Positions 8,248-16,722 of a DNA stretch of 18,399 nucleotides are shown piece by piece. The DNA lies in the NCBI GenBank assembly GCA_964447495.1, contig CAYUTF010000065.1, positions 1 through 18,399 of the forward strand, given 5' to 3'. The notes beneath the pieces were generated by a model. The model was given only the letters and a program-made list of their open reading frames with translations. It was not told the DNA's origin and did not search any database. A program made the translations under genes and the position numbers. The stretch's first letter is position 1. Every line of letters begins with the position of its first letter. This stretch comes from an uncultured archaeon (GTDB lineage Archaea; Asgardarchaeota; Lokiarchaeia; Sigyniarchaeales; SOKP01).

Positions 8248-8751
8248 TTAATCCCCTCCTATTTTATATTTGTGTATACAGATTTTATTACCAAGGGATC
8301 GTGATTCTGAAACCTCAAGTGGCTGTAGAGAGAATTTAGGGCTTTCTTTCGATTCTTTATTTATGAGAGAGACAAATTCTGCCATCATTGAAATAATTAT
8401 CTCACACCCTGCCTCATTAATATCCTCGAAATGGTATTTACATAAAGCACAATCATTATCTTTGACTATGATGCTATTCTCTAAGTTATCAAGCTCTATA
8501 GAAACACTGCTATTAAAAATATTCTTGTAAAATGTAGCTATAACATCTTTAACATTGTCTAAATTTACTGAATCTATTGGCTTCCAATAATTAGTATAAG
8601 TTTGAGCAATATTTCTACCCATTCTTCTTAATCTTTCTCTGATATCTGTAATTCCATTAAGTTTCATGAAGCGCTCTAGATGATAAATCGCATTCCGTAG
8701 TTGATTGCAAGGTGATTCAGATTGAACTAATTCTTCTCGTGTATAATTCAT
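8248..8751 (-). CDS. Single-domain TRAPP Bet3-like/V4R-fold protein
   Basis: LRRMGRNIA, FYKNIFN, IIVKDNDCALCKY, GCEIIISMMAEFV and ESRSLGNKICIHKY follow the Bet3/V4R order of elements. ATG at 8751, alternative TTG at 8760. Confidence 0.7.
   Translation of the reverse strand: MNYTREELVQSESPCNQLRNAIYHLERFMKLNGITDIRERLRRMGRNIAQTYTNYWKPIDSVNLDNVKDVIATFYKNIFNSSVSIELDNLENSIIVKDNDCALCKYHFEDINEAGCEIIISMMAEFVSLINKESKESPKFSLQPLEVSESRSLGNKICIHKYKIGGD
8255..8260 (-). promoter_or_regulatory. Shine-Dalgarno AGGAGG inside the last codons of the upstream gene (translational coupling)
   Basis: The minus strand reads AGGAGGGGAT-TAA-GT-ATG; stop and next start are 2 nt apart. Confidence 0.7.
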
Positions 8752-8952
8752 TATTAACAACTTTCAAATTATCTTAAAATTAAATAATAAATGAAAATTT
8801 GATTGCTTTTTTAATATTTTCAATTCGAGGAGTATATTATTAGTATGTTTTCATGGAAAAATTTAGTAGTTTAATGTATAAAAAGTCTTTTTTTCAAGTC
8901 AAAAACAGCAGAAAATAGAGTATTGAAAATATAAAAGAAAAGAAAAAATGGA

Positions 8953-9309
8953 TTACATATTTTCAACTATTTCTCGAATGATAGGTTCTCCTGCAGCTCC
9001 AATCATCATTCCATTTCGAACAAGAGGTTGTCCTTGAATTTCTATCGTATGATCTAGAAGTTGTCCATTTTTAAAAAATAAAAGAGTCGGAATCGCTGTA
9101 ATTCCAAATCTGTTTCCTAGTGCACGGTTTTGATCAAGATCGACCGCTAACAAATGGATTAAACCCTCTCCCTCCAATTTTTCCAAAAGAGGGCTAATAA
9201 ACTTACATGGACCACACCACACCGTATAAACATCAATTATAACTTTACCTTGTTTCATTTCATCTGAAATTTCTAAGCCAAAATCTTTCAATTCTTCGAT
9301 ATTCAACAC
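8953..9309 (-). CDS. trxA: Thioredoxin
   Basis: IDVYTVWCGPCK active site and GITAIPTLLFFKNG cis-Pro motif. AAGGAG lies 5 nt upstream of the GTG start. Confidence 0.92.
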   Translation of the reverse strand: MLNIEELKDFGLEISDEMKQGKVIIDVYTVWCGPCKFISPLLEKLEGEGLIHLLAVDLDQNRALGNRFGITAIPTLLFFKNGQLLDHTIEIQGQPLVRNGMMIGAAGEPIIREIVENM

Positions 9310-9594
9310 ATAGTCTCCTTAAAAATTAATTGATTTATATATATTTGAAATTAAGTTTTATTAGTAAACCTTTTTTTTCTATATTTTTCTATATTATTCA
9401 TTCTTTTTATTCTTTATATTTATAAAAAATCAAATGTAATTCATTGTTTAGTTATGAATTTGATATCTTATCTTTCAAAAATGCTTTAAATTCATCGATT
9501 TGATGACTCTTACGATTTTTAATGATAAATTTATACGTTTGAATTTTGTTCTTAGTTTAAAATGAAAAGAATTAATTTTAAAATTAAATGCTAG

Positions 9595-9608
9595 TTATAA
9601 ATATATAA
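9595..9608 (+). promoter_or_regulatory. Candidate TATA box for hdrC
   Basis: TTATAAATATATAA starts 30 nt upstream of ATG 9625, compatible with a leaderless or short-leader transcript. The AT-rich background lowers specificity. Confidence 0.35.
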
Positions 9609-9624
9609 GTTTAGAAAAAGATAT

Positions 9625-10137
9625 ATGATTAAAATGGCTACAATTGATTTTGATTTTAGAAACCAAATTATTCAATCTGATATCGGTAGTACGCTTGCTT
9701 ATTGTTATCAATGTGCTACTTGTAGTGGTGCTTGTCCAGTGGCTCAAGTAACTAATGGACGATATAATCCTAGAAGATTAATCTTGGATGCATTACTTGG
9801 ATTAAAAGAGAAAATTTTTGGCAAAGAAAATGCATTTAATATTTGGGGATGTACTGTTTGCGATACTTGTGACGAAGTGTGCCCCCAAAAGGTAGAATTG
9901 ACTGAGATTTTTACAATTTTAAAAAATATGAGCGTTGAAAGAGGAGAAGCTCCTGAATATTATTCAATGCAAGCATCTACAATTTTAGAAAATGGAAAAG
10001 CAATTCCTATGCAACCAGCGATAGAACGAAGGAGAGAACAATTAAATTTACCTCCTATTCTTCCCCCCAATTTAGAGGAAATTCAAAAACTCTTAGAAGC
10101 GACTAAGTTATCTGATAAAATAAAAAAAGAAGAATAA
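9625..10137 (+). CDS. hdrC: Heterodisulfide reductase subunit C-like 2x[4Fe-4S] protein
   Basis: CYQCATCSGACP, NPRRLI, IWGCTVCDTCDEVCPQKV and RREQLNLPP; size and motifs match HdrC. Alternative start at 9634. Confidence 0.88.
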   Translation: MIKMATIDFDFRNQIIQSDIGSTLAYCYQCATCSGACPVAQVTNGRYNPRRLILDALLGLKEKIFGKENAFNIWGCTVCDTCDEVCPQKVELTEIFTILKNMSVERGEAPEYYSMQASTILENGKAIPMQPAIERRREQLNLPPILPPNLEEIQKLLEATKLSDKIKKEE

Positions 10138-10220
10138 TCCTTTTTCTTTCACTTTTTATAAATAGATCTTTTAATAGTATATTTTGATATTTAATAAGTA
10201 AAAAAGAGATGACCTTTAAA

Positions 10221-10991
10221 ATGAGAAAACCTATTATTGGTGCCAATTGGAAAATGAATAGAGGTACTCCTTCTGAAGCGAAGGAGATGCTTATAAATTT
10301 AATTCCAATGATAAAAGATATAAAAAATGTTGAAATAGTCATTGCACCTCCTTTTACCTCGATTATTGAAGTATTTGATTTAGTTAAAAATACAAATATA
10401 AAAGTTGGTGCCCAAAACATGTACTTTGAAGAAAAAGGAGCTTTCACAGGAGAGATATCACCTGTTTTTTTGAAAAACATAGGTTGTGAATATGTTATTT
10501 TAGGGCATAGCGAACGAAGAGATATTTTTAATGAAACTGACCAGTTAATTAATAAAAAATTAAAAAAGGCACTACAGATGAATTTAATACCTATAGTTTG
10601 TATAGGAGAACATTTAATTGAAAGAGAACAGGGAAATACTAAAGAAGTTATCAAGAAACAGTTTCATTTTACATTTGAAGGAATTAATAAGGAAAACATG
10701 AAAAGAATAATAATTGCTTATGAACCTATCTGGGCAATTGGAACGGGGAAGACAGCTACACCAGAACAAGCAGAAGAAATTCATATCTTTATTAGGGAAC
10801 TCATAAAACATAACTATGATGAAGAAACAGCAACAAAAGTAAGGATTCAATATGGTGGTTCTATTAAGCCTTCAAATGCAAAAGATTTATTTAGTAAGAT
10901 TAATATTGATGGTGGCTTAGTTGGAGGAGCATCATTACAAGCAGAATCATTATATGAAATTATCAAATTTGCTGAAAGTGTTACTATTTAA
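10221..10991 (+). CDS. tpiA: Triosephosphate isomerase, bacterial/eukaryotic type
   Basis: ANWKMN, GAFTGEIS, LGHSERR, AYEPIWAIGTG, YGGS and GGLVGGASL. Start at 10221 or 10209. Confidence 0.97.
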   Translation: MRKPIIGANWKMNRGTPSEAKEMLINLIPMIKDIKNVEIVIAPPFTSIIEVFDLVKNTNIKVGAQNMYFEEKGAFTGEISPVFLKNIGCEYVILGHSERRDIFNETDQLINKKLKKALQMNLIPIVCIGEHLIEREQGNTKEVIKKQFHFTFEGINKENMKRIIIAYEPIWAIGTGKTATPEQAEEIHIFIRELIKHNYDEETATKVRIQYGGSIKPSNAKDLFSKINIDGGLVGGASLQAESLYEIIKFAESVTI

Positions 10992-11009
10992 TATATTTAC
11001 TTTTCTATT

Positions 11010-11867
11010 TTAACCCAAAATTTGATTAAATTTGTTGGCTAACTTTCCTGGAAACTCTCCGAGATAGGATTGTGGTTCAGAAAATAAGAGATAAAAGTAA
11101 GGCTCGAACAACCCATCAACAGTAGGTCCTACATCTGACTTTATAATGTAAACCCAAATCTGTTCAGTTGAGGTAAAAGATTGTCTATATATCCATTCTA
11201 AAGGAGGAATTTCAGGGAAAATCCCAATATTTCTTAATATGTCGTCAATATCTTCTAATGAATATTTATTCCCGTAAATACTTAATGGGGATAAATCAAA
11301 TGAAGTAATTGCAATTCCAGTTAAACCATATTTTTTCATATCATTTAAGTATTCGTGACTTATTTTTGTTAGTTCGGTTTTTTGCTTATTTATGCGATCT
11401 CTAGCTATTTTATCAGTTAAAATGTCAATAATTTGATCTTCTTCATTCTGTAGAATTTCTAATGCTGAATCAAGGGGAACCTTTGTAGAAATTATTGAAT
11501 CGTATATCAATTTGATTTTTTTTTTAACCGATTTGTGCAATATATAGGGTTCTGTTTGAGTCGTGATTAATACATCTCCTTTATATTTTGATGATTTTTT
11601 TTCTTGAGAGACTCTATCTTGAGAATTGAACTCTATTATTTCTATTTTTTTGTCAATATTACGGGCAAATTCGAAAAGAGCTGACACTAAACCTGCATTT
11701 AACTCAAATAAACTAGTACTATCTAAATCCATTTTTATTTCTTTATTATTCTTTGAAAAATCAAAAAACCGTAAAAATAGGTTAACATCTTTTGGAATTT
11801 CTTTAAGTTTTAAATTATAATAAGGAAAACCAGTGTTAGTGATAACAGATAGCACGTAGTAAGTCAT
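11010..11867 (-). CDS. Longin-like N-terminal domain plus a second longin/roadblock-like domain
   Basis: YYVLSVITNTGFPYY (beta hairpin with conserved Gly) followed by the helix LNAGLVSALFEFARNI. A second unit runs GLTGIAITSFDLSPL ... YLLFSEPQSYLGEF...LANKFNQIL. Confidence 0.6.
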   Translation of the reverse strand: MTYYVLSVITNTGFPYYNLKLKEIPKDVNLFLRFFDFSKNNKEIKMDLDSTSLFELNAGLVSALFEFARNIDKKIEIIEFNSQDRVSQEKKSSKYKGDVLITTQTEPYILHKSVKKKIKLIYDSIISTKVPLDSALEILQNEEDQIIDILTDKIARDRINKQKTELTKISHEYLNDMKKYGLTGIAITSFDLSPLSIYGNKYSLEDIDDILRNIGIFPEIPPLEWIYRQSFTSTEQIWVYIIKSDVGPTVDGLFEPYFYLLFSEPQSYLGEFPGKLANKFNQILG

Positions 11868-12000
11868 TTCTATAAGGTTATTATGAGTAGAATTATTTTA
11901 TTTTTATTTTATCCATACATATAGATTTGGGTATATATATTTAAATTAATGTAGATAATTAGATAGAGACTTTAAAAAGGAAGACATCAATGTAAAGTTT

Positions 12001-14796
12001 CTATATTATTATGATCGCTGGTCTACCAGGTAATGCTTGAAATGCTTTTTTATCTTTTGCTTTGTCTTCATTTATAATGTTAATTTTGCATTGATATTTA
12101 GTTTCCAAAATGGATTGAATTTCTTTGAAAAAATAAAATTCTTGTTCAGCATTTATGGGTGGAATACTATATTTACCAAGATTTTTTAAAACTTTAATGA
12201 CGGTTTGAGTTACAAATTTACCATGACTTTTATTATCATCAATTTTCATCAATTCAGTAATAATCTCTTTCTGATCTTTAGTTTTCTCAACTAGTATTAG
12301 TAATTGTATCATAAAATCATATTTCCATTTATTTGCTACGATTAAATTCATTTCATTAGGTTTTTCTAATTTAATTATTACAAGTATATGATTTATTGAA
12401 TCCAATGTGTTATTAAGTAGATTCCATTTGTATTCATTCTCAATTGTGAAATAATTATCGTCAAAAATTGGCCATTCTGCTAAACTAAGAAACCCTTTTT
12501 TGTTTATACTTTCCCAAATTTCTTCAGTCATATGGGGGATAAAGGGGTGTAACAGTAGAGTCAATTTTTCTCTACATTCTTCAAATATTTTTTGAGTTAC
12601 CCCTTCAAGTTTGTATTTTAAAAGTTCGGATGAAAATTGAATCACCTGATTTATTGCATCTCGAATATCAATAGCTTCTAAACTTGTTGTGACATTTTTA
12701 ATAGTCATATTTAAATAATACAGAATTAATGTGTCTCTAATTGATTCGCTCTCATTGAATTTCACCGGTTCATTCATTAGCATCATATATGTATTCCTCA
12801 CGAATTTATAGGCAAAATCTACCCCTTCATTAGACCATTCCAAGCCTGATTTAGGACTTGCACCAAATAATATAAAAAATCTTGCTGCATCTGCTCCATA
12901 TGTATCCATGATTCCAATCGGATCAACTGTATTACCCAGACTTTTACTCATTTTTACACTTTTTAAAATATATTTTGTTCCACATCGTTTACAAACATCA
13001 TCATGCATTTCAGTTTTCATTGCAAAAGTTTCACATTCTGGACAAAAAGGATGATTTTTATTTATCATACCCTGAGTCAATAATCTTTGAAATGGTTCAT
13101 CAAGTGAATGTAGTCCTAAATCTCGGGCTACTTTTGTGAAGAAACGTGCATATAGTAAATGAAGTATTGCATGTTCGATTCCACCTATATATTGATCGAC
13201 ATTCATCCAATAATTAGCAACTTCTTTTTTATATGGTAATTTTTTTTCATGAGGATCACAGAATCTTAAGAAATACCAAGAGCTATCTACAAAAGTATCC
13301 ATTGTATCCGTCTCACGCTCAGCAAGTGTTCCACATTTAGGACATTTTGTCTTAATAAAAGTTTTACTAGTTCTTATTGGATTTCCCTTTCCAGTAAACT
13401 CAACATCTTTAGGTAATTTAACCGGTAAATTTTCATAAGGTACAGGTACGATTCCGCATTCTGGACAATAAATAATAGGTATAGGACACCCCCAGTAACG
13501 TTGTCTTGAGATTAACCAATCTCTCAATTTATAATTAATAGTAAATGAACCATTATTCATTTTAATAAGCTTTTCTGTAATGGTCTTGATTGCAGTACGA
13601 TTTTCTATTCCATCAAATTCTTCAGAATTAACAAGTGTTCCATCGCTTTCATATGCTCTTACAATTTTCTCTGGATCTATTTGATAATCAAATGGTTGAA
13701 TTACTATTTTTATAGGGATATCATATTTCTTAGCAAATTCGAAATCTCGTTGATCATGACCAGGAACAGCCATTACAGCACCAGCACCATATTCATAAAT
13801 AACAAAATTACCAACGTAAATAGGAATCTTCTCATGTGTGATTGGATGTATTGCATATTTTCCGATAAACATACCTTTCTTTTCGATCTCGATATCCGTG
13901 CGTGTAAATTTATCTTGTTTCATTACTTCATTAAGAAATGTTTTGAATTCACGTTGAATTTTTGTTCCCTTAATCCATTCATCAATCCATGGATGTTCAG
14001 GTGCAAAAACCATGAATGTAACTCCATATAAGGTATCAGGCCTGGTTGTAAAAATATCAATTGTTCGTTTTTCACCTTCAATAGGAAATTTAATAATCGT
14101 CCCTTCAGATCGTCCAATCCAATTTCGTTGCATGGTTTTGACTTTTTCAGGCCACTCAACGTTATTTAACCCTTCTAATAGTTCCTCAGCATAAGCTCTT
14201 ATTTTTAGAAACCACTGGGTGAGAAATTTCTGAGTAACTTCTGCACTACATCGCCAACATTTACCATTTAATACTTGCTCATTTGCAAGAACAGTATTAC
14301 ATTTAGGGCACCAATTAACATAACTTTCTTGTCTATAGGCTAATCCCTTTCTAAGCATCTTAAGGAAAAACCATTGATCCCATTTATAGTACTCTGGATC
14401 GTGACTATAAAGCATTCGAGTCCAATCATATGAAAGCCCTATTCGTTTTTGTTGTTTTTTCATTAGATCGATATTTTCATTAGTATATTTTTCAGGATTA
14501 GCACCTTCGTCTATTGCTGCATTTTCTGCGGGTAATCCAAATGAATCATATCCCATTGGATAAAGTACATTAAATCCATTCATTCTTTTAAACCTTGCAT
14601 ATGCGTCTCCTATTGAATAATTTCTCAGATGGCCCATGTGTAAACCACTGCCTGAAGGATATGGATACATTTCTAAAACATAAAATTTTGCCTTTTCTTC
14701 AACTGGTTTTTCGCTAACCTCGAAAATTTTTTCTTTTTCCCATTTATCTTGCCACTTTTTTTCAAGTGTTTTATAATCGTATTCTATATTTGCCAT
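12001..14796 (-). CDS. leuS: Leucine--tRNA ligase, bacterial-type core with archaeal-type C-terminal domain
   Basis: [80 protein letters not shown] and KMSKS. ATG at 14796 is preferred over 14838. Confidence 0.97.
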   Translation of the reverse strand: MANIEYDYKTLEKKWQDKWEKEKIFEVSEKPVEEKAKFYVLEMYPYPSGSGLHMGHLRNYSIGDAYARFKRMNGFNVLYPMGYDSFGLPAENAAIDEGANPEKYTNENIDLMKKQQKRIGLSYDWTRMLYSHDPEYYKWDQWFFLKMLRKGLAYRQESYVNWCPKCNTVLANEQVLNGKCWRCSAEVTQKFLTQWFLKIRAYAEELLEGLNNVEWPEKVKTMQRNWIGRSEGTIIKFPIEGEKRTIDIFTTRPDTLYGVTFMVFAPEHPWIDEWIKGTKIQREFKTFLNEVMKQDKFTRTDIEIEKKGMFIGKYAIHPITHEKIPIYVGNFVIYEYGAGAVMAVPGHDQRDFEFAKKYDIPIKIVIQPFDYQIDPEKIVRAYESDGTLVNSEEFDGIENRTAIKTITEKLIKMNNGSFTINYKLRDWLISRQRYWGCPIPIIYCPECGIVPVPYENLPVKLPKDVEFTGKGNPIRTSKTFIKTKCPKCGTLAERETDTMDTFVDSSWYFLRFCDPHEKKLPYKKEVANYWMNVDQYIGGIEHAILHLLYARFFTKVARDLGLHSLDEPFQRLLTQGMINKNHPFCPECETFAMKTEMHDDVCKRCGTKYILKSVKMSKSLGNTVDPIGIMDTYGADAARFFILFGASPKSGLEWSNEGVDFAYKFVRNTYMMLMNEPVKFNESESIRDTLILYYLNMTIKNVTTSLEAIDIRDAINQVIQFSSELLKYKLEGVTQKIFEECREKLTLLLHPFIPHMTEEIWESINKKGFLSLAEWPIFDDNYFTIENEYKWNLLNNTLDSINHILVIIKLEKPNEMNLIVANKWKYDFMIQLLILVEKTKDQKEIITELMKIDDNKSHGKFVTQTVIKVLKNLGKYSIPPINAEQEFYFFKEIQSILETKYQCKINIINEDKAKDKKAFQALPGRPAIIII

Positions 14797-14928
14797 GTTA
14801 ATTGTGTCAACTTCTTTAAATATTACATTTTTAAACATTAACTTGAATAATTGAATGAATAAATTTTTTTTGAATCATATATAATCATTTGAAAAAAACT
14901 TAATTTTACAGAAACATTAGAGTAAATA

Positions 14929-15930
14929 ATGGAAGTGGATAAGATACGAGTTTCAATCGGAAGTGCTTCAGTACTTGGCTTATATGAGGGTACTCACTTT
15001 AAAGATCCTCCAACAACATGTTATATTATGACATATCAACAAGGGCGCTGTATCGCTAATTGTGGATTTTGCCCCCAAGCACGGGATGCTCTTAGTTCAC
15101 TTGAACTTTTATCTCGAGTTACCTGGCCAGTTTATAATTTCAAGGAAGTTCTTACGAAATTAAATTATTTACCTCCTAAAAAGAAGTTTAAAAGAATTTG
15201 TATACAAACCTTAAATTACGCTGAAAATTTTCACGATCTTGTTTATATAGTATCCCACATTAGAAAGATGAGTAATATTCCTATATCTATAGCGATTCCT
15301 CCCTTTTCAGAAGAAAGATTAAATGAATTAAAGCATATAGGAGTCGAAAGAGTGGGTATTGCTTTAGATGCTTCAACTAAGGAAATATTTAATTCAATTA
15401 AAGGAAAAGATGCAAATGGACCATATAGATGGGAAAGCCATTTTAAGAGTTTAGAAAGTGCTTTAAAAATCTTTTCCAAAGGAAAGGTTTCCACACATCT
15501 TATTGTTGGATTAGGAGAAACTTCAAAGGATGTATTAGAATTGATTGAGAAATTAAATATCATGACAATAACGATAGGATTATTTTCATTTACTCCCATC
15601 AAAGGTACGAGATTAGAAAATCTAGAAAAACCAAATCTATTAAAATTTAGAAAAATCCAACTTGCTTTATATCTGATTATCAATGAGAAGCGAAAACTAA
15701 AGGATTTTACATTCAATATGGATGGAGAGATTGTAAAATTTAATTTATTTAAGTCCGATTTATTAAGAATCATTCAAGATACTGATGTTTTTTTAACTAC
15801 TGGTTGTCCTGGGTGTAATCGTCCTTATTATACTTCAAAACCTTCAGGACCTATTTATAATTTCCCAAGAAAATTAACTCAAGAAGAGATAAATGAGGCA
15901 TATAATTCTTTATTAGAATATTTTAATTGA
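14929..15930 (+). CDS. lipS2: Radical SAM lipoyl synthase subunit LipS2-like
   Basis: CIANCGFC radical SAM motif plus C-terminal TTGCPGCNRP, matching the TxGCPxC(N/D)RP motif described for LipS2. Adjacent to a lipoate ligase-family gene. Confidence 0.85.
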   Translation: MEVDKIRVSIGSASVLGLYEGTHFKDPPTTCYIMTYQQGRCIANCGFCPQARDALSSLELLSRVTWPVYNFKEVLTKLNYLPPKKKFKRICIQTLNYAENFHDLVYIVSHIRKMSNIPISIAIPPFSEERLNELKHIGVERVGIALDASTKEIFNSIKGKDANGPYRWESHFKSLESALKIFSKGKVSTHLIVGLGETSKDVLELIEKLNIMTITIGLFSFTPIKGTRLENLEKPNLLKFRKIQLALYLIINEKRKLKDFTFNMDGEIVKFNLFKSDLLRIIQDTDVFLTTGCPGCNRPYYTSKPSGPIYNFPRKLTQEEINEAYNSLLEYFN

Positions 15931-15942
15931 AAAAGTAGTCTT

Positions 15943-16722
15943 ATGACAGATTGGAGAATAATTCCCCTAGAAACTAAAAATGGTTATTGGAATATGGCTT
16001 TAGATGAAGCTATTTTAACTCATGCAGTTAAAGGAAAAAGCCCTAATACTATACGGTTTTATAAATGGAAACCTTCGACAGTTTCTATTGGTAGAAATCA
16101 AAGTCTATCTGGAGAGGTAAATATGGAGGTCTTAGATCGATTGAAATATAATGTAGTTAGAAGAATAACAGGTGGAGGAGCTGTTTTTCATGATAGTATT
16201 CGTGAAATTACTTATTCAATAGTATGTCCTATTAAGGTTTTAAAAGAGTGTAAAGCTTATACGGTTTTAGAACAATTTGAGTTGATTGAAAATGGTATAG
16301 TCAATGGTTTGATAAATTATGGTTTAGAACCTGAAAAAGGAATTATTCATTGTCCTGCGATTTTTTTAGAGGGTAAAAAATTTTCGGGGAATGCGCAAAT
16401 CAGAAAAAGGAATTACATCTTGCAACATGGGACTATATTGTTAGAAATCGACCCAGAGTTAATGTATTCCGTGTTAAAGGCACCAAATAACGTTTCTAAG
16501 TCAAAAATGGTGAAATCGGTTTATGCAAAATGTGTAGGTGTAAAAGAAAAATTAAAAAACTATGATGAAGGTAATTTCTTATTATCTTTACGTAAAGGCT
16601 TTGAGAAAACATTGAATATTACTCTTAAAGAGGAATATTATTCTCCAGATGAATTAAATTTAGCAGAGAAATTAGTTAAACAGAAATATTTTAATAATAA
16701 ATGGTTAAAAAAATATGAATAG
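15943..16722 (+). CDS. Lipoate--protein ligase / octanoyltransferase family protein (catalytic domain only)
   Basis: NMALDEAIL, VSIGRNQ, VVRRITGGGAVFHD, EITYS, GKKFSGNAQ and LQHGTIL. At 259 aa it lacks the LplB-like accessory domain. Confidence 0.92.
   Translation: MTDWRIIPLETKNGYWNMALDEAILTHAVKGKSPNTIRFYKWKPSTVSIGRNQSLSGEVNMEVLDRLKYNVVRRITGGGAVFHDSIREITYSIVCPIKVLKECKAYTVLEQFELIENGIVNGLINYGLEPEKGIIHCPAIFLEGKKFSGNAQIRKRNYILQHGTILLEIDPELMYSVLKAPNNVSKSKMVKSVYAKCVGVKEKLKNYDEGNFLLSLRKGFEKTLNITLKEEYYSPDELNLAEKLVKQKYFNNKWLKKYE

Noticed and set aside
8953-10137. Possible selenoproteins (thioredoxin, HdrC)
   Set aside because: All redox and Fe-S positions are ordinary Cys codons, there is no in-frame TGA, and both genes end in TAA.
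10103-10654. 183-aa antisense ORF over tpiA, and the 10614-10850 ORF
   Set aside because: Shadow frames of a clearly conserved gene with no recognisable motifs.
15243-15773. 176-aa antisense ORF within lipS2
   Set aside because: Exact antisense-frame shadow with a Ser/Ile/Phe-rich composition typical of reverse-read AT-rich coding DNA.
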